Of a stretch of DNA of 64,000 bases, positions 43,613 to 56,090 are shown one piece after another. The DNA comes from an uncultured Planctomycetota bacterium (lineage in GTDB: Bacteria > Planctomycetota > Planctomycetia > Gemmatales > Gemmataceae). The DNA is taken from contig CAWKHF010000001.1 of NCBI GenBank assembly GCA_963849325.1, positions 480,001 to 544,000 on the forward strand. Direction: 5' to 3'. A model generated the notes under the pieces. That model was given only the letters and a program-made list of their open reading frames with translations, was not told the origin of the DNA and searched no databases. The position numbers were made by a program, and so were the translations under genes. Position 1 is the first letter of the stretch. Each line of letters begins with the position of its first letter.

Positions 43613-44320
43613 TTAACCTCCATGAGTCCGCATGTACTCGCCCAGGTGGAACAACGCCGCGCTCAGCAACCGCGACACGCGCGATTCCGACAGATGCACG
43701 ACTTCGCCGATCTCTTTCAGCCGCAGGTCTTCCAGATAATACAGCGTCACGATCAATCGTTCGCGCTCCTCCAGGGCGGCGAGCGCCTCGACCAGCAAAC
43801 GTTTCTCTTCTTCCTTCTCCGCCAGCAGGTCCGGGCGGCGCGGATCGTCCAGGCGCGTGCCGATCGGCTCGCCGTGTTCCTCCCACGACAGCAGGCGCGT
43901 CATGCGGACGGCGGCCAGGCAGTCGGCCACCTCTTCTTCGCTCAGGCCGGTGGCCTGCGCCAAGGCTTGCGTCGTCACCGGCGGCGGCAGGGCGTCGTAG
44001 GCGCGGCGGACACGGGCCACTTGCCGGAGCACCTGCTGCGGCAGCGGACAGTTGCGCCGCAGTTCGTCGAGGACGGCGCCGCGAATGCGCGTATAGGCGT
44101 AGGTCTTGAACTGCGCGCCGCGCTCCGGGTCGAAATGGTGGGCCGCCTCAACCAGGCCGAGGACGCCCGCCGATTCCAGGTTCTCCACGTCCACGCCGGG
44201 CGGCAGCTCGGCCACCAGCTTGCCGACCAGGTGCCGTACCAGCGTCAGATGTTCGAGGATGAGCCGGTCGCGCCGGCCCTTCTGGGCGATGGCATCATAA
44301 GCCTGCAGTGCTTGCTGCAT
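43613..44320 (-). CDS. fliA: Sigma-28 factor
   Basis: GVLGLVEAAHHFDPERGAQFKTYAYTRIRGAVLDELR; LYYLEDLRLKEIGEVVHLSESRVSRL. Confidence 0.93.
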   Translation of the reverse strand: MQQALQAYDAIAQKGRRDRLILEHLTLVRHLVGKLVAELPPGVDVENLESAGVLGLVEAAHHFDPERGAQFKTYAYTRIRGAVLDELRRNCPLPQQVLRQVARVRRAYDALPPPVTTQALAQATGLSEEEVADCLAAVRMTRLLSWEEHGEPIGTRLDDPRRPDLLAEKEEEKRLLVEALAALEERERLIVTLYYLEDLRLKEIGEVVHLSESRVSRLLSAALFHLGEYMRTHGG

Positions 44321-44353
44321 GTCCCCTCACCCCACGAGAAATTCACCAACGAC

Positions 44354-46461
44354 TCACGCCGACGCCCGCGCCGGCAGAACGGCCGCCGACCCCGGCCCGA
44401 GGTCTTCCGGCTTGAGCATGGCCACCGGCTCCAGCAGCAGATCGCCGGGCACCTCCTGATAGGCGATCACGGCCAGGTCCGGCAGGCCGCGCATCAGGGC
44501 GTGGCGCAGCGGCCGGCGCAGGCTGCCATCGGTCAACAGGGCGACCTCCTGTCCGCGCGCGCTGGCCTTGCGCCATTCGTTGAGCAGGAACACGATCAGC
44601 TTTCTCCAGCCGTCCCGGATCGAGGACCAGCGTCTTGTCGTGCAGCTGCACGCCGCAGCTCCATCTCCAACCGCGGATCGAGGACGACGGCATGCAGCCG
44701 GCCCTGCTCGTCGCGGTAACGGTCGCACAGGACGCGGCCGAGGTCGGCCCGGATGCGCTCGGTCAACTCAACCGGATCCTTCGTCGCCGGTGCATGATGG
44801 GCCAGCCCCTCCAGGATGCGCGGCAGGTTCGAGATCGGCACGTGTTCCTCCAGCAGCAGACACAGGATGCGGTGCAGCGTGCCCATCGTCAGCACGTTGG
44901 GCAACAGTTCATCGACCACGGACGGATTCGATTCGCGGGCCTTGTCGATGAGCAGCTTGAGGTCCTCGCGGCTGAACAGCTCGTGAGCGTGCTTGCGGAC
45001 GATCTCGCCGAGGTGCGTGATGAGTACGCTGGGCGCATCGACGACGGTGAAGCCGCCCAGCTCGGCGCGTTGGCGGTCGTTCTCGCTGATCCAGCGAGCG
45101 GCCAGGCCGAAGGCCGGATCCTTGGTCGCCTCGCCTTCGAGCTGGATGTGTGTCTTGCCGGGGTCGATGGCCAGCAGGCGCTCCGGCCGCAGTCGGCCGC
45201 GCGCCACCTCGCGGCCGCCGATGAGGATGCGATAGGCGTCCGGCTTCGAGCTGGATGTTGTCGCGCAGACGGATGGGCGGCACCCACAGGCCGTTTTTGC
45301 GCGCCAGGTCGCGGCGCAGGCCGGCGATGCGGTCGAGCAGGCCGTTGCCGCGACGCGGATCGACCAGTGGGATGAGCCGAGCGCCGATCTCGACCGTGGC
45401 GCGGTCGGTTTGCAGGAAATCGTCGAGGTGCATCTCCGCCGGCTTGGCCGGGCTTGACGGCTCCTTCCCCTTGGCCGGCGCCGCCGGCGCCGGCGCTGTC
45501 AGACGGCGGGCGCCGAAGTACAGCAGCACGGCCAGGCCGGCGAACGGCAGCATGGGCAAGCCCGGCGTCAGGGCCAGGCCGAGCAGGATCAGGGCGCCGA
45601 CGAACAGAGGTCGAGGATTCATCGTCATCTGGGCGCCGATTTCCACACCCAGGCTGGTCTGCGTCGTCGCCTTGGTCACGAGCATACCGGAGGCCGTGGC
45701 GATGATGAGGGCCGGCACCTGCGAGATCAGACCATCGCCGACGGTGAGGATCGAGTAAGTCCGAAAAGATTGCGCGATGCTCATGTTGCGCGTCAGGCCG
45801 AGGACGAAGCCGCCGACGAGGTTGATGGCCGGTGATGATGAGGGCGGCGATGGCGTCGCCGCGCACGAACTTGCTGGCCCCGTCCATCGCCCCGTAAAAC
45901 TCGGCCTCGCGCAGCAGCTGCTGCCGGCGCCGCCGCGCCTCGGCCTCGTCGATGGCGCCGGAGTTCAGCTCGGCGTCGATGGCCACCTGCTTGCCCGGCA
46001 TGGCGTCGAGGGTGAAGCGCGCCGCCACTTCCGAGACGCGGCCGGCACCCTTGGTGATGACCACGAACTGAATGATGATGAGGATGAGGAAGATGACCAG
46101 GCCGACGACGAGGCTGCCGCCGACCACGAAGCCGCCGAACGTGGCGACGATGTGTCCGGCGCTGCCCTTGAGCAGAATGAGCCGCGTCGTGGCCACGTTG
46201 AGCGCCAGCCGGAACAGCGTCATGAGCAACAGCAGCGACGGAAACACCGAGAAATCGAGAGCCTTGCGTGGCGCCGAGCGTGACGAGCAGCAGCAGGATG
46301 GTCAGGCCGAGGTTCAACGCCAGCAGCAGGTCGAGCAGCGGCGGCGGCAGCGGCACGAGCAGGACGACCAGCACGCCCAGCAGCGCGACGGAGAGCACCA
46401 GCTCGCTCCGCTGCGCGAAGGGCAGGTTGGAATCGCCGGAAAGTGCCATTGCCTTGGCCAT
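44354..46461 (-). CDS. flhA: Flagellar export gate protein (indels)
   Basis: [54 protein letters not shown]. Confidence 0.95.
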
Positions 46462-46563
46462 AGGGACACTCTTCACCCTCAATAACTTCGTTTAGCCGCG
46501 ACGCGCAGCGGAGCACGGGACTGCCGCGCTCCGCTGCGCAGTCGCGGCTAAACGAAATGATTG

Positions 46564-47633
46564 TCACGCTACACCCCGCAGCCGATACACGTACGCCAAT
46601 ACCTCGGCGACGGCGTGATACAGCGCCGCCGGAATCTCCTGACCGATCTGCACCGCCTTGTACAGCGCCTGCGCCACCGGCTTGCGCTCCACCACGGGAA
46701 CGCCGTGCCGCCGCGCCGTCTCGACGATGCGGCGAGCGACGTGGCCCGCGCCCTTGGCCACGACACGCGGCGCCGCCAGCGCCCCCTTGTCGTAGCGCAG
46801 GGCGATGGCCAAGTGCGTCGGGTTGGTGATGACGACTGTCGCTCGTGGCACGTCGACGCATCATGCGTCGCTGGCTCAATTCGCGGCCAGCTTGCGCATG
46901 CCGCGCCTTGACCTGCGGATCGCCCTCCTCGCGCTTGATTTCTTCCTTCAGCTCGTCCCGCGTCATCCGCAGCGACCGTCTCGAAGCGCAGCCGCTGCAA
47001 GACGTAATCGACCACGCCGACCACGACGAAGGCGGCGGCGACGATCAGGCCCAGACGCAGGACGATGTCCCACGTTTGACTGGCGGCGCCGGCCAGGTCG
47101 TGCCGGTCCAGCTCGGCGAGGCGGGCGAAGCGTCCCTTGATGAGCAACACCGCCAGCACAGCGGTAACGCTCGCCTTGGCAACGGCCACCCCGCCGCGCA
47201 GCAGCGCCGCCAGCGAGAACATGCGTCCCAGCCCAGCCATCGGATCGATGCGCTCCCAGTTCGGCGCCGCCAGTGCCGGGCGTGACCGCGAAAGCCGACC
47301 TGCCCGACCATCACGGCCAGGGCGGCCACGAACAGCACGCCGAGCAACAGCCCCATCAACTGCAACCCCCGCGTCAGACAACGCGGTCAGCAACTCATGC
47401 GTCTGCTCCGGTCCCAGCTCGTGGACGGCACAGCGCAGCACCCCCTGCCGCACCGTCTCCAGCAAGCCGGCCCCCAGCGTCCGCGAGCCGAACCACAGCA
47501 CGCCGACGGCGGCCAGAAGCAGCAGTCCGGTCGTCAGTTCCGTGCTGACGGCGACGCGGCCCTGCAACCGGGCTTCCTCGCGCCGGCGCGGCGTCGGGGC
47601 TTCCGTCTTGGACTGGTCGAAGTCTTCCGCCAT
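46564..47633 (-). CDS. flhB: Flagellar substrate-specificity switch protein (indels)
   Basis: [29 protein letters not shown]. Confidence 0.93.
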
Positions 47634-47637
47634 GCAG

Positions 47638-48406
47638 GTACACCAACCGTTCCATCAAGGCGCTCAGGCTGCGCCAGCGTCCGCACCAGGGCGGCGACGA
47701 AGTCGGGCAGAGCACAAACACCGCGGCCAGGCCGATGCCGACGCGCAGACCGAAGCCGACCGAGAAGAGGTTCATCTGCGGCGCCGCTCGCGTCAGCAGG
47801 GCCAGCACGACCGAGGTGAGGAACAGGACGGCGCCGACCGGGGCGGCCAACATCAGTCCCCATTCCTGGGCTTGCCCCAGTCCCGTCACCATCGACCCGC
47901 GGACGACAGCCCCGACCAGCCGCCGAGGGGGACGCGCAGAAACGTGCTGTGCAGGGCCGCCAGAAACAGGTGATGTCCGTCGAGTCCGAGGAACAGGACG
48001 CCGGCCAACATCTGAAAGAGCTGGGTGACGACGAGCGACGGGTTCGTCGCTCGCCGGATCGGACTGCGCGGCCAGGGCCAGGCCCATTTCCTGTCCCAGG
48101 TAATCTCCCGCGATCTGCACCGGCAGCAGGACCAGGCCCATCGACGTAACCGAGGAAAGCACCCAGCACGGTCTCCTTTATCAGCACGAGGGCGAACGCC
48201 ACCCACGACACCGGGCCGTCACTCGTGAGGCTCGCCGGCGCCGCCGAGCCGCCGAGCAGCATGAAGTACAGCACGGCCAGCGCCACCGACAGGCCGACCT
48301 TGACGGTGCGCGGCGTCGTGGCGCCGCCCAGCAGCGGCAGCACCGCCACGAAGGCGCCGACCCGCGCCAGGATCAGACTGAACGACAGCACCAGCGTTTC
48401 GATCAC
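47638..48406 (-). CDS. fliR: Flagellar export protein FliR (indels; 3' end approximate)
   Basis: LARVGAFVAVLP, FLGLDGHH, RAAPQMNLFSVG. Confidence 0.88.
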
Positions 48407-48673
48407 CGGCCCACCCCCGCGGCGCGTTCGAGCATGCGCATCGTGAAATGGATGGCGAGCTGCATGGTCCACGGCATCGCCAGCACCAGGACCAGCCCCG
48501 CCGCCAACAGGCGCGGCACGAAGCGCCAGCGTCTGCTCCTGGATGCTGGTGATCGCCTGCAAAATGCTGACGAGGAGGCCGACGAGGAGGCTGGCGGCCA
48601 GCGTCGGCAGCGCCAGCAGCAGGGCCGTGTACAGCAGATCGCGGCCAATCTCGATGACTTGTGCCATCGACAT
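48403..48673 (-). CDS. fliQ: Flagellar export protein FliQ (indel)
   Basis: GLLVSILQAITSIQEQTL, FVPRL. Confidence 0.9.
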
Positions 48674-48797
48674 GAGAGCGTCCCTTTCCTGCTCTCCCCT
48701 CTCCCCCGCTTCGGGGGAGAGGGGTAGGGGGTGAGGGGGCGGCGTCTCCCCCTCACCCCCTACCCCTCTCCCCCGAACGGGGGAGAGGGGAGAACAA

Positions 48798-49478
48798 TCA
48801 ACCGAAACTCATGCTCAGCGCTCGCGCCACCAGGTGCCAGCCGTCGGCCAGCACGAACAGAAGGATCTTGAACGGCGCCGAGATGATGACGGGCGGCATC
48901 ATCATCATGCCCATCGCCGTGAGGATGCTGGCCACCACCAGGTCCACCAGCAGGAACGGCACATAAATGCAGAAGCCCATGATGAACGCCGTCTTCAGCT
49001 CGCTGATGACGTAGGCCGGCACCAGGACGTGCCAGGGCGTATCCGCGGGCTGCTGCAACGATTTCAACCCGGCCAGGTGGATGAAGAGCGCCAGATCCTG
49101 TCGCCGGGTGTGTCGCAGCATGAACTGGTGCAGGGCGGCGCCGCCGGCGCGGGCGGCCTCCACCCCGCTAATCGTCTTGTCCAGATACGGCGTGACGGCC
49201 TTGGCGTTGATCTCGTCGAGCGTCGGCCCCATGACGAACAGGCTCAGGAACATCGACAGGCCCAGAAGGACGGTGTTGGGCGGAATGTCCTGCGACGTGA
49301 CGGCCCGGCGCACGAACGACAGGACGATGATGATGCGCGTGAAGGGCGTCAGGCACACGAGCAGCGCCGGCAGCAGCACCATGCCGCCCAGAAACAGGGC
49401 CGTCTGCAACGGCGCGGACAGGTTCTGCAAACCGCCCGACTCGCCGAGGCGCTCGACCACCGACAGCGGATCGGCCAT
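48798..49478 (-). CDS. fliP: Flagellar export protein FliP
   Basis: TPFTRIIIVL, PAYVISELKTAF, GMMMMPP, LADGW. Confidence 0.95.
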   Translation of the reverse strand: MADPLSVVERLGESGGLQNLSAPLQTALFLGGMVLLPALLVCLTPFTRIIIVLSFVRRAVTSQDIPPNTVLLGLSMFLSLFVMGPTLDEINAKAVTPYLDKTISGVEAARAGGAALHQFMLRHTRRQDLALFIHLAGLKSLQQPADTPWHVLVPAYVISELKTAFIMGFCIYVPFLLVDLVVASILTAMGMMMMPPVIISAPFKILLFVLADGWHLVARALSMSFG

Positions 49479-49515
49479 GACGACTCCCTTCCACCACGAA
49501 CAACGCCCCGTCCAC

Positions 49516-50058
49516 TCAGGCCGCTTCCGCGCTCTCGTTGGCCGGCTTTTCCAGTTCGGCCAGCGTGCCGTCGAAGGTTGGCGGCAACGTCAGCAGCGCC
49601 TTGAGTCCCGCCGGGTCCACCCCGGCGAGCACCTTCGTCTCGCCCGCCTGGAGTAGATAGACCGAGCAGCGACCGCCCAGCACCAGAGCTTCGACGACAC
49701 GCAATTGTTTGTTCTCACCCGGCGGCCCAGCCAGCGGCCGTACCCAGCGCTTGCCGATCCAGAGCGTGATCCCACACAGTATAAGGACAAAAATAGTCCC
49801 TAGAGTGAGGCGCAGAAACATCGCTTGTGGCGAGGGCACGTCCGGCAGAGATGGCGGCTGATACTCCAGCAAGTTCTTCTCCGCCGTCGGCGGAGGCGCG
49901 GGCACGGCCGCCGCCGGCACCTCGGCGCTCTTGTTCAGGCTGCGCGGCAGGAAAATGCCGCCGGCCGTGGCCACGAGGCCGAGCACGCCTAGCACCAGCC
50001 AGCTCGGCAATCCGCCCTTGCGCGTCGCACCCTTGTCGGATGGGACCATGATCTGCAT
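49516..50058 (-). CDS. fliO: FliO/FliZ-like protein
   Basis: TM segment, then LRVVEALVLGGRCSVYLLQAG...LAGV; upstream of fliP. Confidence 0.8.
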   Translation of the reverse strand: MQIMVPSDKGATRKGGLPSWLVLGVLGLVATAGGIFLPRSLNKSAEVPAAAVPAPPPTAEKNLLEYQPPSLPDVPSPQAMFLRLTLGTIFVLILCGITLWIGKRWVRPLAGPPGENKQLRVVEALVLGGRCSVYLLQAGETKVLAGVDPAGLKALLTLPPTFDGTLAELEKPANESAEAA

Positions 50059-50128
50059 ACTCCGAACCGTCCGCACCGCGAAGCCGAGGAAATCGGCTTC
50101 GCCGGCCGGCAGACAGGGGTATTGCAGA

Positions 50129-50157
50129 CTATCGTCCCGAAGAAGGGCAAACCTTGA
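50129..50157 (-). promoter_or_regulatory. Sigma28-like promoter upstream of fliO
   Basis: TCAAG-N16-GACGATAG. Confidence 0.55.
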
Positions 50158-50220
50158 GGAGCTTTCCGAATGGGAGGGGAATAACGAATATGCCGTCAAG
50201 CGGTGAGCGGCCCGCTTCGA

Positions 50221-51002
50221 TCATTGCTTGCTGCCGTCCACGTTGGCCGGCGTCCGCCGCAGTCCCTTCAGCTTCTCGACCAGCTGGGCCGCCAGGCCGG
50301 CGTCGGTCAACTCGGCCAGCACCTTCGCCGCTTGCCTCTCCTGCATCAGTCCGAGCACCTTGACCGCCGTGTCCATCTTGCCCGTGTCCGCCAGGTTCTG
50401 CAAAATCTTGGCCGCGCTCTCCGGCGCCATCGAATTGTACATGCCGCTCATCTTCTTCAAATTGTCGTGCTCTTCCTTCTGGAGTTGCAAGACCCGTCCT
50501 TCCATCTCCTGCGTATTTCGGCTGATTTTCTGGCGTTCCTCATCGAGATTGCTGCGCTGCTTCTCGACGCCCTGGATGGCCTCGTTCAACGCTTCCAACT
50601 CGCTCTTGACCTGCGTGCGCAGCTCGTCGAGGGCGGAGCGTTCGCCGCGGATGTCTTCCTGGATCAGCTCGATTTGCTTCTTGCGCGGCCAACTGTTCCT
50701 CGCGCTCGCGCACGGCGGCGAGACGGGTACGCAGCTCGCTGGTCATGCGGGCGATTTCCTCGGTGCCGGCGTTGTAGGTGGGACGAACGGCGGCGCGCGG
50801 GGCGGCGTCGCTTGCGCCGGACTCGTGGGCCGGCTCGGCGGCGGCGCTCGGCTTGCCGCTGTCGTGGGCCTTGACCTCGATTTTCTCCGTCTTCTCCGGA
50901 GCGTGGCCGTCGGTTCGGCTTCTGTTGCCAGAAATACGACACCGACGCCGACACCGCGAACAGGACCAGGCTCGTCGCGCCGACGATCAGCAATTGCTTC
51001 AT
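50221..51002 (-). CDS. MotE/MgtE-N-like flagellar protein (indels)
   Basis: N-terminal TM, coiled coil, YNSMAPESAAKIL...MQERQAAKVLAEL. Confidence 0.75.
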
Positions 51003-51490
51003 GGCTCGCCTCCTTCCGGGGCGTCGGGACTGCCGAACGGTCCCGCGTCCTGTGCCGCCAGCCAGCGCTGCAAGCCCAGCTCATCCAGATTGTTTTGCTG
51101 CTGCCGGGCCGCTTCTCGACGATAGTTTTGCCATTCGCGCGCGCGGAGGGCGCGCAGCGCCTCGGCCTCCAGGGAAGCCTGTATACGCAGACGGTCGGCT
51201 TCCTGCAACAGCTTCTCGGCCTCGTCGGCCTGTCGCCGAGCCGCGTTCAGCCGTTCGCCCAGGGCCATCGTCTGCTCGTAAGGGATCTGCCAGGTCCCCA
51301 GGGCCGCCGCCTCGCGCAGCCGCGCCGCTGCGGACGCGGCCGTGCGGGTCATCTGCTCCTCGATCCGCGCGCACTCGGCTCGCGCTTCCTCCCACCGCGC
51401 CCGCGCCTGCTGTTGCCGTACCTCGGCCAACCGCTCGCGCTGTTCCTTCAGCGCCAACACACGCTCCAGGCGGAAATGAAATCGCTTCAT
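50999..51490 (-). CDS. fliJ: Flagellar export chaperone FliJ
   Basis: MKRFHFRLERVLAL, coiled coil, QNNLDE; after fliI. Confidence 0.85.
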   Translation of the reverse strand: MKRFHFRLERVLALKEQRERLAEVRQQQARARWEEARAECARIEEQMTRTAASAAARLREAAALGTWQIPYEQTMALGERLNAARRQADEAEKLLQEADRLRIQASLEAEALRALRAREWQNYRREAARQQQNNLDELGLQRWLAAQDAGPFGSPDAPEGGEP

Positions 51491-51505
51491 CGATAAACCA
51501 CCGCA

Positions 51506-52825
51506 TCAAAACGGCCATGCCGCCGCGATCTTCTCCATCCGCTCGCGTGTCTCGGCCAGGGTGTTGCGCTCGCCGACGCCTTGACGCAAGAACGCCAGCA
51601 CCGACGGCATCAGCTCGATGGCGCGATCGACCTGCGGGCTGCTGCCGCGCGCGTAGGCGCCGATGCGGATGAGGTCTTCCGCCTCGGCATGGATGGCCAG
51701 GATCTCGCGCACCTTGCGGGCCGCCTGCTGATGGTCGGCGTCCGTCACTTCGCGCGCCACGCGGCTGATGCTCCGCGCGATGTTGATGGCCGGGTAGTGG
51801 CCGCGCTCGGCCAACCGGCGGTCCAGGACGATGTGGCCGTCGAGCAGGCCGCGCGTCGCGTCGGCGATCGGCTCGTCGAGGTCGTCGCCATCGACCAGTA
51901 CGGTCAGGATGCCGGTGATGCTGCCGGAGGCGGCGTTGCCGAGTTGCTCGACCGTGTTGGCCAGCACCTGGAACACCGACGGCGTGTAGCCGCGCGCGCT
52001 GGGCGGCTCGCCCAGCGCCAGGCCAAGTTCGCGCTGGGCCATCGCCAGGCGCGTCAGGCTGTCGAGCAGAAACAGCACGTTGGCAGCCGCGAGCGCGGAA
52101 GTGGTCGGCCATGGTGATCGCCACCTGCGCCGCGCGGCGCGCAGCAGCGGCGCCTGGTCGCAGGTGGCCACCACGACCACCGACCGCGCCAACCCCTCCG
52201 GCCCGAGGCAGTCCTCCAGGAACGAGCGCACCTCGCGGCCACGCTCGCCGATGAGGGCGAGGACGTTGACGTCGGCGCGCGAACCCTTGGCGATCTCGCC
52301 CAGCAGCGTGCTCTTGCCGACGCCGCTGCCGGCGAAGATGCCGAGACGCTGGCCCTGGCCGCACGTCAGCAGGGCGTCGATGGCGCGCTGCCCGGTGACG
52401 AACGGTCGGCGGATGCGCGCTCGCTCCAGCGGCGGCGGCGTGCCGCGCCGCACCGGCAACAGGTCGCAGCCGCTCAGCGGGCCACGACCGTCGAGCGGCC
52501 GGCCCAGCCCGTCCACGATGCGGCCCAGCAGCCCGTCGCCCACCGGCGCGATCAGACCACGGCCCAGGTGCGTCACGCGCATGCCCGAGTGGACCTCCTC
52601 GGCATGTTCGTAAGGGACGACGTAGGCCACGCCACTCTGAAAGCCGATCGCCTCGGCCAGCAGCGATCCGCCGTCGCCGGTGTCGATGGCGCACTGATCG
52701 CCGACCGCCGCCGGCAGGCTGCACGACAACAGCAGCCCGGTGGCGCTGCGGAGCACGCCGCTGGTGCGAAACAGATCGTGCCGGACGATGTCACGGCGCA
52801 GACGAGCCAGGTCCAGATCGAGCAT
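51506..52825 (-). CDS. fliI: Flagellar export ATPase
   Basis: GIFAGSGVGKSTLL, IGERGREV, DSLTR, GEPP, LDGHIVL. Confidence 0.95.
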   Translation of the reverse strand: MLDLDLARLRRDIVRHDLFRTSGVLRSATGLLLSCSLPAAVGDQCAIDTGDGGSLLAEAIGFQSGVAYVVPYEHAEEVHSGMRVTHLGRGLIAPVGDGLLGRIVDGLGRPLDGRGPLSGCDLLPVRRGTPPPLERARIRRPFVTGQRAIDALLTCGQGQRLGIFAGSGVGKSTLLGEIAKGSRADVNVLALIGERGREVRSFLEDCLGPEGLARSVVVVATCDQAPLLRAARRRWRSPWPTTSALAAANVLFLLDSLTRLAMAQRELGLALGEPPSARGYTPSVFQVLANTVEQLGNAASGSITGILTVLVDGDDLDEPIADATRGLLDGHIVLDRRLAERGHYPAINIARSISRVAREVTDADHQQAARKVREILAIHAEAEDLIRIGAYARGSSPQVDRAIELMPSVLAFLRQGVGERNTLAETRERMEKIAAAWPF

Positions 52826-53407
52826 GACCGGCGCTCCAGAGAAGATGCTGGCGCAGCTCGGCCAGCTGGTTGGCCAGGTCGGCGAGGACGTGGATCTCTC
52901 CCGCCTCGGCTCGGCAGCCGCCGCGTTTCAGCGTCGCGTCGGCCTCGATGCGCAGCGCCGGCTCCCGCGCCGGCAACAGCGGCTGATCCGCGAGTCGGCG
53001 CCGCAACAGGGCCAGGTCTTCGGGGTGCAAGTACACCGTCATCGCCGGCGCCGCCGGCAGACGCGCCACGGCTTGCCGCACCATCTCCTCGATGGGGAAG
53101 TCGCCGGCTTGTAGTTTGTCGAAGACGAGCCGACCGGCGACCGCCACCGCCAGCTCGACCGCTGCTTGCCGCATCTCGGCGAGCAAGGAGTCGTGCCGCG
53201 TCGCCAGACGCTCCGCCGCGCCACGCAACTCCGCCAGCACCTGCTCGATCCTTTGTCGTTCCTCTGCGCCTCCCGCTCGGGGTCCGGTTGGACCCGCGGC
53301 GCCGGAACCGCGACGGCAGGCACCGGCGGCAGAGGGAGCTGACGGCCGGCGCGGACGACATGGCGCAGGCGCGGCGGCGAGCGAAAGGTGATCTCGAACA
53401 CGCGCAT
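52791..53407 (-). CDS. fliH: FliH (indel)
   Basis: ELAVAVAGRLV, VYLHPEDL, DATLKRGGCR; between fliG and fliI. Confidence 0.8.
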
Positions 53408-53445
53408 GCCGGACCTCCATCCGCCGCTGCCGGGCTAGTGGGAAA

Positions 53446-54434
53446 TCACTCGTCCATCATCAACTCGCCCGCCTGATCGAGACGTTGGATCACGTCCACC
53501 AGCGCCTTCTGCGCCTGCCGCACCTGGGCGAGGGGCACCATGCCCAAAAACGCCATTTCCTCGGTCAGCGTCTCGCGCGCCCGCTTGGACAGGTTGTTCA
53601 GCACCTTCTCGCTGATGGCCTCGGTGGCGCCCTTGAGGGCCACGCCGAGCGTCTTGGAATCGATCTCGGACAGCAGTTTTTGCATCGAGCGATCGTGGAT
53701 GCGCAGCAGATCCTCGAACTGATACAGCAGTTCCTTGACGTGCCGGGCCATGTCCGGCTCGTTCTCCTCCAGGGCGGCGAGCACTTCCATGCGCTCGGTC
53801 TTTTCCAGGCAGCGCAGCATGGCGGCCATCTTCTCGTACTTGGCGTCGGCGCGGGTGTCGCCGCGATTGCCGGCGAGCGTTCGGCTCTTTTGCACCAAGG
53901 CGCGAGCGATGCGTTCGAGCAGGTCCGGGGGCGTGGCACCGAGCCGGCTGAGACGCACCGAAACGTCGCGGCGCATGTCCGGCTTGAGCTGGCGGAGGAC
54001 ATCGCCGGCCTTCTCCGCCGACAGGCAGTTGAGCACCAGCGAGACGGTGTGCGCCTGCTCGCCCTGTAATACCGCGGCCAGCATGTCGGGCGAGAAGCCC
54101 GTCAGCGCCCGCACGGGATCGGCGGGCAACGGCCCCATCTCCGGGACCGGAATTTCCGCGTCGGACGGCGGACGGTAGGCGGCAAGTTGTCGCGGCGTCG
54201 GCGCACCTCCGGGGGACGCGGGATCGACGTCCGGTTGCCGCAGCATCTCCTCGAATTCGCGGACCACGTCGCCCAGGTCGTCGGGCTTTTCGCTCTGCCG
54301 GCGCAGCTTGTCCAACTCCGGCCGCAGGCGGGCGCCGCGCGCCGGCCCAGCTCGGCCAGCACTTTCTCCGCCGTCTCCGCCGGCAGACTGTGCAGCAGAA
54401 GGGCGGCTTTCTCGATCCCCGTTCGCGTGGCCAT
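53446..54434 (-). CDS. fliG: Motor switch protein FliG (indel)
   Basis: TGIEKAALLLHSL, LYQFEDL, ALKGA, NLSKRA. Confidence 0.9.
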
Positions 54435-54453
54435 GCCCGTCATCCATCCTCGA

Positions 54454-55991
54454 TTATGCCGCCGCCTGTGCGGCCGGCTGCTCCGTCGCCGTCTCCGCCT
54501 GGTCGATCCAGCTGGGCCAGCGCCTTGGCCAATCGCTCGGGTTCCTTCCTGCGCCAGCTCGGCCAGCACATCGCCCTCCGGCCGCTCCTCGCCGGCTGGA
54601 GACGGGGCCGGCGCCTTCGGTCGCAGACGCCGGTAGTAGAGCACGCCGATCAGCAGCCCCACCAGCGACCGCCACGCCCAGCGAGCGTTGCGGGCCAGCG
54701 ACAAGTACCAGCGCCATGCGCTGCGCCTGCTGATACTCCGCCTCGACGCCCTCCAGCGTCGCTCCGCTGGCCAGCTTGACGTCGTTGACCTTGATCTCAT
54801 CGCGGCCCTTCTTGAAGCCGACCGCCTGCTTGATGATCTCCTCCGCCTCCGTCACCGTCAGGCCCGGCCCGGCGGCGCCGTCCGGCCGCGATAGGTCGAG
54901 CAGGGCCGCCACCGTCAGCCGTTCGACGTTGCCGCGCCCCTCCTCCATCTCCTGCTCGATCTTCGTCGCCCGCCATTCCGAATCGGTGTTTTCTTCGTTG
55001 TCGTTGCTGTGGTGCGTCGCTGCCGTGGACGCCGCTGCTCCGCCTTGCCCGGCAGGTTGCTGACCGCGCCGGCCGTGCCTCGGTTGGCCGGCGTGCCCGT
55101 GGTGGACTTGCGATTGGTGATCGTCTCCTTGACCAGCACGCGCTGCTCGGGATCGTAGGTCTCGTTGTTCGTCTTCTGGCGCTGGAAGTTGACCTCGGCC
55201 GTCACGCGCACCACGGCCCGGCCGGGACCGAGCACCTGGGACAGCATCTCCTCGGCGCGCGTGGACAGGTAGGTCTCCATCTCGCGGCGATACTCCATCT
55301 GCGTCGTCACCGGCGCCGGCGTGTCGCCGTGCGTCTCGCTGAGGACGCGGCCGCTCGTGTCCACCAGCGTCACGTTCTCCGCCGTCAGTCCCTCGACGCT
55401 GCGCGACACCAGGGCGACGATGCCCTGCGCCGTGCTGCGCGACAGCACGGCGCCGGGCTTGAGCTTGAGGACGACGCTGGCCGTCGCCGGTTTCTGCTCG
55501 CGGACGAACGGCGTCGGCTCCGGCCGCACCAGATGCACGCGCGCCTGCACGACCGGCTCGACCTGCATGATGGTCCGCGCCAGCTCCGCTTGCAGAGCGC
55601 GATCGAGGTTGACGTGCTGCAAGAACGGCGTCATGCCCACGTTCATTTCGTCGAACAGCTCGAAGCCCTTGCCCTTGCTGGGCACGCCCTCCACGGCCAG
55701 GTCGAGACGCAGCTGATGGACGCGCTCGGCCGGCACCAGGATCGTTGTCCCGCCCGCGCCGAGGCGAAACGGCACACCCTGGGCTTGCAGCTTGGCGGTG
55801 ACGGCGCCGGCGTCCTCGGCGCCGAGGCCGGAATACAGCACCTGATAATCGGTCTGGAAGGCGAAGAAGCCGACGGCCAGGACCACCGCCACGCACACGC
55901 CGGCCAGGACCAGCAGGGCGATGCGGCGCGGCCGGCTCATGCCCTGGTAGATGGCGCGCAACTGTTCGAGCAACTGACGAACAAATCGCAT
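54454..55991 (-). CDS. fliF: MS-ring protein FliF (indels)
   Basis: YQVLYSGL, KGFELFD, RALQAELARTI, ARVHL, ATASVVL. Confidence 0.92.
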
Positions 55992-56090
55992 GGCCGTGGA
56001 CCTGAGTCTAACTCTATTCGTTTAGCCGCGACGCGCAGCGGAGCGCGAGACCTCGCGCTCCGCTGCGCGTCGCGGCGAAACAAGGGATTT